A stretch of 64,000 bases of DNA from Bacteroidota bacterium (GTDB lineage: Bacteria > Bacteroidota > Ignavibacteria > Kapaibacteriales > UBA2268): assembly GCA_021824625.1 (NCBI GenBank), contig JAKAKE010000121.1:829-64828 (forward strand). The letters run 5' to 3'. The notes under the pieces were generated by a model. It saw only the letters and a list, made by a program, of their open reading frames with translations. It was not told the origin of the DNA and ran no database searches. Shown here piece by piece: positions 38,496 through 47,371 of the stretch. Numbering within the stretch: the stretch's first letter is position 1; each line of letters opens with the position of its first letter. The position numbers were made by a program, and so were the translations under genes.

Positions 38496-38791
38496 TTATT
38501 CAAACCGAATAATAATTACTTTAATTTATAATTAGGCGACTCTAAATAATGGAAAATATTTTATTATAATTGGTATTATTTGTTCGGCAGTATAACTATC
38601 GAATTATTTCTTTTTATTTCATTAAACTCCTATCAAAAAAAATTTTAACTTCCATGAATTATTTTTGCCGCCGTATTTCACAATGCTGTAATGGTCTGCT
38701 CCTTTAATTTTGAAAATCTCTTTGTTGAGGAATTATTATTTTTTATAAGCTCTTCAAGAATTAAGCACTATAATCTAAATTCTAAACTTAA

Positions 38792-38821
38792 TAAAAAGCC
38801 CTTCCGGATTGAGAAGGGCTT
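38792..38821 (-). terminator. rho-independent terminator of the cytochrome gene
   Basis: aagcccttc-tcaatccg-gaagggctt is a perfect 9-bp stem followed by ttttt on the reverse strand. Confidence 0.7.
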
Positions 38822-38858
38822 ATAATTTTAAAAATGGATTATATGCTCACAAAAGATA

Positions 38859-39719
38859 TTAATTAGGAAATTTCACAGTATCTGCAAGTGCCTTATATAA
38901 ATTTTTCATTTCGTTTAGTGTAATTGGCGTAGCCAGCATTCCAGAACCTAACTGCCCGAATTTCACTTTATGCTGAACTTCATTAGGTTTTGAACGTGTA
39001 AATTTTCCTGCAGTCATACCTGCTGTGCCATCAAGGTCAGGAACTTGTTTTCCATCTGTACCATGGCATACTTCACATTTTGATGTATAAAAAGTGTTAC
39101 CCAGTGCTGCGTTACCATCTTTCCCAACGTTAGTATAGGCTGCTTTTCCGGTTGGATAAGTACCGGTATAGGCAGCGTCATATAATTGAGTAACATCCAA
39201 TGCTTCAACTTTGAGGAATTTCACCAAATCCCAAATTTGAGCATCAGTCAGTAGTTGTGAATAGTTTGGCATCTGGTCGCCAATGGTTGAATTGGTTGCC
39301 GGATCATAAGTTGATAAATCACTTGAAATATCTCTTCGTGTAACATCACCGGTTTTAATAGCATCAAATAAAGCTTGTGGAGTTGAATTCTTAGACTCAG
39401 TAAACAAATTAACATCAGCTACATTTGGCCTGTTGGTTTTAGGCCCTCTGCCGTTGTAGGACGCATTTCTTCCCATCAAATCCCATGCATGGCATTGTTT
39501 GCATCTGAAAAAATCGGCTGAAGCATTGAACTTTGCAATATTAACATTTGTTTGGTCATAGCCGCTTTCGCTGCTCCAGAATTTATCAAAAAGGATGCCT
39601 CCTTTTATTCCGTCAGCTTTTGTATATGCCTCCGGATCAGAAGGGCTTGTTGTGTTATCGCTACTACAACTGATAATAATTAATGATACAAATATCATTA
39701 ATAGAAATAAATACTTCAT
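38859..39719 (-). CDS. di-heme c-type cytochrome lipoprotein
   Basis: Lipobox IISCSS and two CxxCH motifs (CKQCH, CEVCH). Confidence 0.7.
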   Translation of the reverse strand: MKYLFLLMIFVSLIIISCSSDNTTSPSDPEAYTKADGIKGGILFDKFWSSESGYDQTNVNIAKFNASADFFRCKQCHAWDLMGRNASYNGRGPKTNRPNVADVNLFTESKNSTPQALFDAIKTGDVTRRDISSDLSTYDPATNSTIGDQMPNYSQLLTDAQIWDLVKFLKVEALDVTQLYDAAYTGTYPTGKAAYTNVGKDGNAALGNTFYTSKCEVCHGTDGKQVPDLDGTAGMTAGKFTRSKPNEVQHKVKFGQLGSGMLATPITLNEMKNLYKALADTVKFPN

Positions 39720-40199
39720 TTTAAACCCATTATTATGTTTGACAATCAGTTACTTGTTTACACTATGTAAAAAAATTGTATTTCTATCGCATGTCAATAA
39801 ATGTTTTCAATCACATTATGATAATTATTATGTTCTCTTAACATTTTTACCTTAATCCAACTTAAACCACTGCCACATCACTCGCTTTGGTAGTAAATCA
39901 CCGGCATCAACGTCAAGCACAAAAAAGAATTACTTGCGATGTTTTACTACATCTTATTTTGTATCTGTGTTTAGATAATCGTTTATTTAATAAGTAAATA
40001 TAAGAATATTAATTCATAAATCCTATAAAAAATTGATAAAATAAATTATATTTTATAATTTAAATAACTATATTTATCATATTAGGTTTAGATAAATTAA
40101 TATAACAAGTAAAATCATAAATATAGAAAATGAAATCAGTATCAGTTTTAGTATTTTTGTTTTATTCATTCACATTACGCAACCACATAACTTCTGAAA

Positions 40200-40430
40200 C
40201 CCATTACGTTCAACTCCTACGGAGTTGGATCCTTGTTGTGATAATGTCTTAGTTACAGATGTTTAACTCCTACGGAGTTACTCTAAGGTTTTAATTACAA
40301 TCCCATAAGGATTGAACGTTTGTAATAAAACACCACTAAAATTAACGACAACTCTATAGGATTTGAACGTTTATAAAAAATATAGCTGAAATAAGCGACA
40401 ATCCCATTGGTATTGAGCTTTATATAATAA
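40200..40430. repeat. second REP-like hairpin cluster
   Basis: gttcaactcCTACggagttgga and gtttaactcCTACggagttac, then three degenerate ~50-nt-period units (acaatcccataaggattgaacgtttgta, acaactctataggatttgaacgtttata, acaatcccattggtattgagcttta). Confidence 0.75.
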
Positions 40431-40555
40431 GGAAAGTTATAACTGCGTAACATAAGTTATTCATTCCAAATACTAATTATAAATACTAAAGTTAAATACG
40501 ATTTACGAGATATATTGTTTCGGTTTATTTTATTTAAAATTAATTGTGAATTGAA

Positions 40556-40747
40556 TTAAGCTTTCCATGTTGATTTTAGCAGGTCAATAATGATTTGAAT
40601 TACTTTTTCGAAGAGACTTCCGATTTTGAAGTCGCTTGGGTTGATTTCGATTTTCAGGTCAGGCACAAAGACGATTGCTGAGATAAAGACTGACGAAACA
40701 ATTAATGTAAATATTAAGGTTCGTCTGTATGTCTGTTTCAGTTTCAC
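40556..40747 (-). CDS. small membrane protein, hypothetical
   Basis: ORF with one hydrophobic helix; weak support. Confidence 0.25.
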   Translation of the reverse strand: MKLKQTYRRTLIFTLIVSSVFISAIVFVPDLKIEINPSDFKIGSLFEKVIQIIIDLLKSTWKA

Positions 40748-40881
40748 CTTGATTTCTCGTGGAATTGCATTTACAAAAATATGTTAACGTATTTGAGATT
40801 TGTTTATTGAAATAATTTTTCCCTTATTTTTGAGACCTTTTGTCTGTTAATGTGTCATTATTAGAAAAAGGAAATACCAAA

Positions 40882-41346
40882 ATGAAAAAGATTGTTATTT
40901 TGTGTTTAGTTTCATTAACTATATTTGTTAGTTTTTCAAATAATTTAATTGCTCAAAGTGATTCATTAATTATCAACTTTATTTCTGATATTCCTAAATC
41001 TCTACATGTCTCGGAGATAATAAAATTGGAGTTCTCTATATCAACCGATGTTGCAATAACAAATTCTCAAAATCAAACAAACCTATTGAGCTTATACCCT
41101 AATCCATTCGAGTCTTCATTAAACATAAGATTCAATATGGAGGAGAGGTCAGATGTCAATATAAGAATATTTGATATTATCGGTCTTGAAGTCTATCAGC
41201 ATCAATTAAAAGAAAGTGAAAACGGTGAGAAAATAATTAATTGGGATGGAAAAAATCAATTTGGCTATATCGTTCAACCGGGTAATTATCTGATTGTTAT
41301 CCAAGGCAGAAGCCAGATAAAATATAAATTAATCCAAAAAATATAA
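40882..41346 (+). CDS. small secreted protein with T9SS C-terminal sorting domain
   Basis: Signal peptide; LYPNPFESSLNIRFNM ... GNYLIVIQG is CTD-like. Confidence 0.6.
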   Translation: MKKIVILCLVSLTIFVSFSNNLIAQSDSLIINFISDIPKSLHVSEIIKLEFSISTDVAITNSQNQTNLLSLYPNPFESSLNIRFNMEERSDVNIRIFDIIGLEVYQHQLKESENGEKIINWDGKNQFGYIVQPGNYLIVIQGRSQIKYKLIQKI

Positions 41347-41354
41347 GGTGTGAA

Positions 41355-42122
41355 ATGAAAAAATTCTTTTCCATTTTATTGTTGATTTTGCTAATAACAT
41401 TGTTCCTTCTTTCGCAAGAAACAAAAAAAAGTGTAATTATTTATATGAATGAAGGCAATGAATTATCCTACAATTTTAACGAAATCAATTCTCTTAAAAT
41501 CCGGCTGATTGATTCGCAAACGTGGATTCATATATTCAACAAAAATAATCATCAGCACTTTATTTATTCCTGCATTGGTTTGGATTCAATTGGCTTCGAC
41601 CACGAAAACAATAATATTTTTGTGGTTAAGGATAGTACTATAGAGTATCACAATATAGATAGCATAAAATATATGTGGTTCAATTGCAAAAAATTAATAT
41701 GCAGGGACAATTGGTATGATTATTGGCATGATCACGCTTCGTTTAATCCCGACTCTGTTCTTGTTGATTCGTGTCAAGACCCTCCAATAATTTATGTCTA
41801 TCGTTGGTTTGATATTGTATTTGATAATTATGTTATCGATTTACCGGCATATCCCGAGGACACAACAATAGATGTAACTTGGGAGGCAATATCATCTTCA
41901 TATATACAATTGAGGAATGATTTTCAGGAATTGGAAAATAAATTTGGTAGTTATTTTTTAAGAAAGAAAACTCCTCAAATAATTGATTCTAATCATATTG
42001 GTTCAAGAGTATTCTTAATAGGATTCTACGAATATGTAAATAAAGACAGTGTTGTAGAATACCTAAGTAAAATTCAAGGGCTTTATGAATCTTATTATTC
42101 TAGCAGATATGGCTGGTATTAA
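41355..42122 (+). CDS. secreted hypothetical protein
   Basis: Signal peptide; no recognisable motif. Confidence 0.4.
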   Translation: MKKFFSILLLILLITLFLLSQETKKSVIIYMNEGNELSYNFNEINSLKIRLIDSQTWIHIFNKNNHQHFIYSCIGLDSIGFDHENNNIFVVKDSTIEYHNIDSIKYMWFNCKKLICRDNWYDYWHDHASFNPDSVLVDSCQDPPIIYVYRWFDIVFDNYVIDLPAYPEDTTIDVTWEAISSSYIQLRNDFQELENKFGSYFLRKKTPQIIDSNHIGSRVFLIGFYEYVNKDSVVEYLSKIQGLYESYYSSRYGWY

Positions 42123-42452
42123 AGTTCTAACTTAATATTGAATTAAAAATAATTTTAGATATAATACGGGAGATTTAACATGCTTGTAAGAATATTATAT
42201 ATGCTCGTTTTTATTATCCTTGTAAATCCATTATTGGGACAGAATGAAAGAAAACACAAAGAACCTCGCTTACAATTAGATTGTGTTAAACTACTCTTCC
42301 CATTTTCCCTCTTGATTGTGAGTTAATATATTATTAATATTATTTTAAAAACATTTTAAATTATTTTTAAAATGCTTTTATTGCTCATACCTGAAGCTCT
42401 GAATATTTTCGCACCACAGTATTTAATTGTTTCACTTTTTTACGGATTAATT

Positions 42453-43496
42453 ATGTGGATTGAAATATTCAGGACAGGCTCTCATACTGACTCGTCAGGC
42501 AGAAGCGAAGACTACACAGAAGAAACACTCGACCGCATGTCGGAAATCTACAACAGCAGAATTAATGAATCAACTACTAATGAAGCACCGCTCGTGAAAG
42601 GTCATCCCGGTACGGATGAACCTGCCTACGGGTGGATTGAACGCATTGCAAGGCGCGGACAATTGCTGATGGCAAAACTAAAGGATGTTGCACCGGAACT
42701 TATTGATGAAGTATCGAAAGGTATGTTCAAGAAAGTATCCTCTGCATTTTATCCTGACCTTATGCTGAGGCATGTCAGTTTGCTTGGTGCTGTGCCTCCT
42801 TCGGTGAAAGGATTGAGGACTGTGAGTTTTGCAGGGAGTGAGTTTAGTGAGACTGAGATTGAAACTGTGGGATTGGATGAAGTTGAGGATGCGGAGGAAA
42901 TCTCCCTGAATCCCCCTTTGGTTAAGGGGGAAAATGATTCTGAAAATCAAATTGAAACAACAGAAAACAACCCCCTGAATCCCCCTTTGAAAAAGGGGGC
43001 TGAGACACACCAAGAATTGGATGAGCTAATTGAGAAGTTGAATGAAGAGAACGGCAAATTGAAAACAGCGATTGAAGAGATGGAAAGGGAAGTCAGGAAG
43101 AGAGAATTCAGAGAGTATGTGGATTCTCTTATTGATTATCCCGAAGGCTCTTTGATTAAGCCCTCACAGGCTGATTCTCTTTTGGAATTGCTCGAATTAG
43201 CATCTGAAATTGACAATGATATGATTGATTTGATTGAATTCAATGAGACTGACAGTCTTGTGAATAAGGTTAAAGTGTTTGTATCAGGTTTTGAACCTGT
43301 AATTCAAATGAAAGAATTTGCTGTTCGGAGAAATGATGTCAAACATCAGGCAGAACCGGATTTTCAGACGAAGAATGTTGCTCCTGAGAGATTGAAACTT
43401 CACGAAAGAGCGAAAGAGATTCAATCGGAAAATCCAAACATTTCCTACGAGGAAGCAGTCGTTCAGGTACAAAGAGAATTGATAATTGATAATTGA
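42453..43496 (+). CDS. phage capsid scaffolding/protease-like protein (GPO-like N-terminus)
   Basis: MWIEIFRTGSHTDSSGRSEDYTEETLDRM...VKGHP parallels the start of P2 gpO-type scaffolds. It has an acidic coiled-coil C-terminal half and sits immediately upstream of the capsid gene. Start chosen at 42453. Confidence 0.55.
   Translation: MWIEIFRTGSHTDSSGRSEDYTEETLDRMSEIYNSRINESTTNEAPLVKGHPGTDEPAYGWIERIARRGQLLMAKLKDVAPELIDEVSKGMFKKVSSAFYPDLMLRHVSLLGAVPPSVKGLRTVSFAGSEFSETEIETVGLDEVEDAEEISLNPPLVKGENDSENQIETTENNPLNPPLKKGAETHQELDELIEKLNEENGKLKTAIEEMEREVRKREFREYVDSLIDYPEGSLIKPSQADSLLELLELASEIDNDMIDLIEFNETDSLVNKVKVFVSGFEPVIQMKEFAVRRNDVKHQAEPDFQTKNVAPERLKLHERAKEIQSENPNISYEEAVVQVQRELIIDN
42904..42999 (+). 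repeat. two palindromic elements inserted in-frame in the scaffold gene
   Basis: ccctgaatccccctttggttaaggggg (42904-42930) and ccctgaatccccctttgaaaaaggggg (42973-42999), translated as LNPPLVKGE and LNPPLKKGA. Confidence 0.8.
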
Positions 43497-43552
43497 TAAT
43501 TGATAATGGGAATTGGGAAATTGGAAATGGGAGATAGGAAATTGAAATATTT

Positions 43553-43622
43553 ATCACGTAGTTATTATATGTCTATAGCAAAAAGAATTCCGCTCCTACA
43601 CTTATCCCGTAGGGATTATATA
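43553..43622. repeat. solitary REP unit (inverted array-type repeat plus TATCCCGTAGGGATTATAT hairpin)
   Basis: atcacGTAGttattatatgtctatag ... ttatcccGTAGggattatata. Confidence 0.75.
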
Positions 43623-43678
43623 TTCAATTACAAATTACGAATTATGAATTACGATTTGAATTAGGGAAAGGTTAATTG

Positions 43679-43751
43679 ACATTCTGAACTTGGTTCAGAA
43701 TCCATTGTTGGGGAATTACACACCCCTTAATCCCCTCTCGAGAGGGGAAAT
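43679..43751 (+). repeat. composite palindromic element (gacattctgaacttggttcagaatcc + ccccttaatcccctctcgagagggg)
   Basis: A second copy lies at 45226-45312. Each sits just upstream of a phage-type gene. Confidence 0.8.
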
Positions 43752-43787
43752 TAAAATGAAATTTATTAACAAATTAAGGAGAAGAAA

Positions 43788-44732
43788 ATGGCGACAAGAT
43801 TAGATGAATTAAGGATGGTTGACCCGGTGCTGACGACAATAGCACAGGGATACAGCAATGCATCAATGGTTGCTGAGTACCTGTTCCCGGTGGTGCAGGT
43901 ATCGAAGCTGAAAGGGAAGATTCCCATATTCGGGAAAGAGGCTTTTGTGTTGAGGCAGACTGAGAGGGCAATCCGGGCTGCTTCGAACAGGATACCTCCT
44001 TCGGACATAGAGCTGTCGAGCTTTGAGACGCATGAGGAGGATATCGAGATTGCATTGGATTATCTCGAAGAGGAGGAATCACCTGATTTTTACAGGTTGG
44101 AGCAGAGAATAACAAAAGAGCTGATGGATATTCTTTTGTTAGGTAAAGAAAAGGAAGCGGCTGATTATGTACAGAATCCCGCAAATTTTGAAACAGGGTT
44201 AAAAGAGGTCATCGTTGCAGGTGCGGCATGGGACGATTACACAATTACAAATGTTGACCCTATTCTTGTAATTAAAGAAGCAATGTCTGCTATCAGGAGC
44301 AGGATTGCAGTTTATCCTAATACGATGCTCATCGGTGATGCAACATACCGGGCACTGATGCAGCATCCCAAGCTTCTCGACAGGGTCAGGTATGCAGGTG
44401 TATCAAAAGTAACAAGGCAGGTTCTTGCGGAGATTTCAGAAATACCGGACATACATGTCGGAATGTCTGTATATTCAACTGACGGGAGCAGTTTTACTGA
44501 TGTATGGGGCGATAATGTTATTCTTGCCTACATTGACAAAAAAGAACGCAATAACCGTTCTGAGTTCAATCCGAGCTACGGTTACACATTCCAGAGGGAA
44601 GGTAAACCGGAAGTTGACACATATTTTGAAAACGGCGGAAAGATTAAAGTCATCAGGAACACTGATAACTATTGCATCAAGGTAACGGCTTCTGATGCGG
44701 CTTTCCTGATTTCAAACACAAATCATTTATAA
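43788..44732 (+). CDS. phage major capsid protein (family not resolved by eye)
   Basis: 314 aa with a strong RBS (aaggagaag). The position after the scaffold gene and the N-terminus DPVLTTIAQGYSN...AEYLFPVVQV are typical of major capsid families. Confidence 0.65.
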   Translation: MATRLDELRMVDPVLTTIAQGYSNASMVAEYLFPVVQVSKLKGKIPIFGKEAFVLRQTERAIRAASNRIPPSDIELSSFETHEEDIEIALDYLEEEESPDFYRLEQRITKELMDILLLGKEKEAADYVQNPANFETGLKEVIVAGAAWDDYTITNVDPILVIKEAMSAIRSRIAVYPNTMLIGDATYRALMQHPKLLDRVRYAGVSKVTRQVLAEISEIPDIHVGMSVYSTDGSSFTDVWGDNVILAYIDKKERNNRSEFNPSYGYTFQREGKPEVDTYFENGGKIKVIRNTDNYCIKVTASDAAFLISNTNHL

Positions 44733-44750
44733 TAACGAAGGAGAAATGAA

Positions 44751-45095
44751 ATGGCAATAAATGAAAAAACATATCAGCCGGTACAGGCATTGACTGTGCA
44801 AGCGGCCGAGGATTTACCTGCATTCAGGTTTGTATCGCATCTTGGTTCACTCTGCGATGACGGTGCGAGGGCACTCGGCGTAACAGAAGTTGACTGGGTG
44901 AACGGCGAGTATGCATCGGTTGTAGCCCTGGGTACAATTGCAATAGAAACGACAACGACAATTCCGGCTGGTGTTGATGTAACCGCTGCTGCTTTAGGTA
45001 AGGCAAGAACTGCAGGCGGTTCGGATGCCGTGAACGGAAGGTCACTGGATGATGTCAGCGGTTCAGGTTTTGTGAGGATTAAAGTAGTACCCTAA
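44751..45095 (+). CDS. DUF2190-like head decoration/cement protein
   Basis: 114 aa, Gly/Ala/Val-rich, immediately after the capsid gene. Confidence 0.5.
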   Translation: MAINEKTYQPVQALTVQAAEDLPAFRFVSHLGSLCDDGARALGVTEVDWVNGEYASVVALGTIAIETTTTIPAGVDVTAAALGKARTAGGSDAVNGRSLDDVSGSGFVRIKVVP

Positions 45096-45108
45096 AGCAT
45101 TTTGTAAA

Positions 45109-45184
45109 GTCATCCTGAGCGTTTGCGAAGGATCTGTTTTATTTATTGTTTTTTTTCAAGATTCTTCGCTTCGCTCAGAATGGC
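45109..45184. repeat. GTCATCCTGAGCG-type palindromic element
   Basis: gtcatcctgagcgtttgcgaaggatc ... gattcttcgcttcgctcagaatggc inverted arms. Confidence 0.75.
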
Positions 45185-45225
45185 AATAAATATGGAAATA
45201 AAAATTTAAATGAGTTAGAAAAAAT

Positions 45226-45312
45226 GTCATTCTGAACTTGGTTCAGAATCCATTTTGGGTGAATGTAAATAGATTTTTTACACACCCCTTAATCCCCTCT
45301 CAAGAGGGGAAA
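45226..45312 (+). repeat. composite palindromic element, copy 2
   Basis: gtcattctgaacttggttcagaatcc ... ccccttaatcccctctcaagagggg. Confidence 0.8.
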
Positions 45313-45341
45313 TAAAATTAAAAATAACAAGGATAAAAAAT

Positions 45342-45797
45342 ATGGCTTATTCGACTAATGATGATTTGCTAAAAGAATATTCGGAAAGCGAGCTTGCGAT
45401 TCTGACGGGTGACCCCACAGGACTGACAATCAACCAAGACAGGCTCAATTATGCAAGGGATAATGCCGAAGCAATGATTAACGCATATTTATACGGCAGG
45501 TTTGATGTTCCTTTCACAGGCGGGATTAATCCAATCATAAAGAAGATATCTGTTGATATAACAATAGCGCTCCTGTATGAAATTTCATACAACCGGACAA
45601 CAGTTCCCTCGACAATTACATGGAGGAAAATCAATGCAGTTAAAATGCTGAAGGACTTGCAGGCTGGGAATGTATCGCTGACAGGCTCTCATCCTGCTAT
45701 GAATGCACCTCCTCCGCTCATTTCAAATAAAACAGGAAATGACAGAATATTTGATGAAGAATTACTTGACCAATTCTATGGAAATGGAGATGTGTGA
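45342..45797 (+). CDS. DUF1320 (Mu gp36-like) head-tail connector protein
   Basis: N-terminus YSTNDDLLKEYSESELAILTGD....NYARDNAEAMINAYLYGRFDVPF fits the DUF1320 pattern. Confidence 0.6.
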   Translation: MAYSTNDDLLKEYSESELAILTGDPTGLTINQDRLNYARDNAEAMINAYLYGRFDVPFTGGINPIIKKISVDITIALLYEISYNRTTVPSTITWRKINAVKMLKDLQAGNVSLTGSHPAMNAPPPLISNKTGNDRIFDEELLDQFYGNGDV

Positions 45798-45798
45798 T

Positions 45799-46086
45799 AT
45801 GGAAGATGTATTTGATTCAATCAAAAGAAATGCAGTGTGGATTCTGCTTATCATATTTGCCGTGATGCTGATAAATATTGGAACAACTGAAATCAGGACT
45901 TTCATTCTGATTGTGATTACGGAGTGCATTGCAATGGCTCTATCGGGAGTGGCACAGTTTGTCTATACAAGGATTGATTTCACCAAGGAATCTGCAAATA
46001 ATAATCTTGGCTATATTTTTCTTGGTGTGCATATCTGCGTCGGTTTGATTATTCTCGGTGTTTACATTGTTCAATTTTCAAACTGA
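45799..46086 (+). CDS. holin-like small membrane protein
   Basis: 95 aa with 3 predicted helices. Its ATG lies 1 nt after the upstream TGA, and a peptidoglycan hydrolase gene follows. Confidence 0.4.
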   Translation: MEDVFDSIKRNAVWILLIIFAVMLINIGTTEIRTFILIVITECIAMALSGVAQFVYTRIDFTKESANNNLGYIFLGVHICVGLIILGVYIVQFSN

Positions 46087-46132
46087 GGCATTAATTAATG
46101 CTGCTAATTTTAGAATCGTTCTTTATAATTAA

Positions 46133-46268
46133 AATGAATAGCCGCTATTTTTTAAATAGTGGGGTATTTTCAAAACCAACATTAGACTTTAGTCACTTAC
46201 AATAAGTAGTTAAATCGCTGCATGGATTGGTGCGACAAGTCCACGACTTAAAAGTCACGGCTATTCAA
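46133..46268. mobile_element. MITE-like element, AATGAATAGCC family, copy 3
   Basis: aatgaatagccgctattttttaaatagtgggg ... gactttagtcactta ... cacggctattca. Confidence 0.65.
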
Positions 46269-46297
46269 AATCTTATATTTATTTTAAAATAATAATT

Positions 46298-46903
46298 ATG
46301 AAAATAATATTTTATATAATCATGGCATTCTTGATTAGTTTCATTGATTTATTTCCTCAATCAAAATATCTCCTGAAATGCAGGGAAGATGTACTTGAAT
46401 TATCTCAACGGATTGCATTGGCACAGGTTGGAACAATTGAAAAACGGAGGACTAATTCCGGTGATGTTGAGAAATATTTACATAGTGTCGGATTGAAAAT
46501 AGGTGAATCGTACTGTGCCGCAGGGCAGTATTACTGCTTTTCGGGAGCGGTTAAGATTCTACGCCTGCCGATTTCATTTATACCAATCAAGAGAACGGGA
46601 AATGTCAATCGAATGTTTGAAGATGCTGTGCAAGGTGGAATGATATCCGGGTATGTATTAAATGAGAATGACCTGATTGTTTGGAGAAAAGGGAAAAGCG
46701 GGCGTGGGCATATCGAAAGAGTAATAATACCAGGGAAGGCAGGATGGGCAACCACTATTGGTTTCAATGTCAGGAAGTATGATAGTTGCAGAAATAAATA
46801 TGTTGAGGGAGTTTTCCTTATGAGAAGAAATATTTATGAGCCTCTTCAAAGAATGAGGGTGAGAGGAATAATAGGTTTTGCTGTAATAAAGGGAAGGAAT
46901 TGA
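46298..46903 (+). CDS. CHAP/NlpC-P60-like peptidoglycan hydrolase (endolysin-like) with N-terminal signal-anchor
   Basis: GESYCAAGQYYCF (Cys nucleophile context), GRGHIERV (His) and TTIGFN. Confidence 0.5.
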   Translation: MKIIFYIIMAFLISFIDLFPQSKYLLKCREDVLELSQRIALAQVGTIEKRRTNSGDVEKYLHSVGLKIGESYCAAGQYYCFSGAVKILRLPISFIPIKRTGNVNRMFEDAVQGGMISGYVLNENDLIVWRKGKSGRGHIERVIIPGKAGWATTIGFNVRKYDSCRNKYVEGVFLMRRNIYEPLQRMRVRGIIGFAVIKGRN

Positions 46904-46904
46904 A

Positions 46905-47249
46905 ATGCTATCTGAAATTATCAGGAACAGGATGATGAACGCAGACTTTACGACAGAGTGGTTTCCTGTACAGTTTGATACTTTCAATGGAGCAATGAAA
47001 TCATCTGCAGTATCATTGCAAGTGAGCTGGAAAGCTGTTACTGGAACACTTAATGGAAAAATAGAAGTAATTGCTTCCGATGACCAGGTTATGGAATCAA
47101 TAGGAACTACTACTAATATCAATTCAGTTAATAATGAAAGTGATAGTGAAATGTTTGTGATGTATCCATCATTTAATTTCATCAAGATGAAATACACAAA
47201 GAATGGAATAACAGGCGGTACTATGAATGCAGTTATACAGTACGAATAA
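46905..47249 (+). CDS. phage-module hypothetical protein
   Basis: ORF that starts 1 nt after the upstream stop. Confidence 0.4.
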   Translation: MLSEIIRNRMMNADFTTEWFPVQFDTFNGAMKSSAVSLQVSWKAVTGTLNGKIEVIASDDQVMESIGTTTNINSVNNESDSEMFVMYPSFNFIKMKYTKNGITGGTMNAVIQYE

Positions 47250-47371
47250 ATTGTTTTGTGTGTTGTGTGTTGTGTTTTGTGTGTTGTGTTGAAAATGTAG
47301 AATGCAAAATGTAGGGGCTGAATATTATCAGCCCAATTTAAAATTTAAAATTCTAAATTAAGGTGAAATAA

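Noticed and set aside
43774-44184. 136-aa ORF antisense to the major capsid gene (and 43766-44008)
   Set aside because: These are shadow ORFs opposite a well-supported capsid gene with a strong RBS. Their Pro/Ser-rich composition is typical of antisense frames.
46658-47197. 179-aa reverse-strand ORF spanning the CHAP and downstream genes
   Set aside because: It overlaps two co-directional forward genes with coupled start and stop. It has no motif or RBS support.
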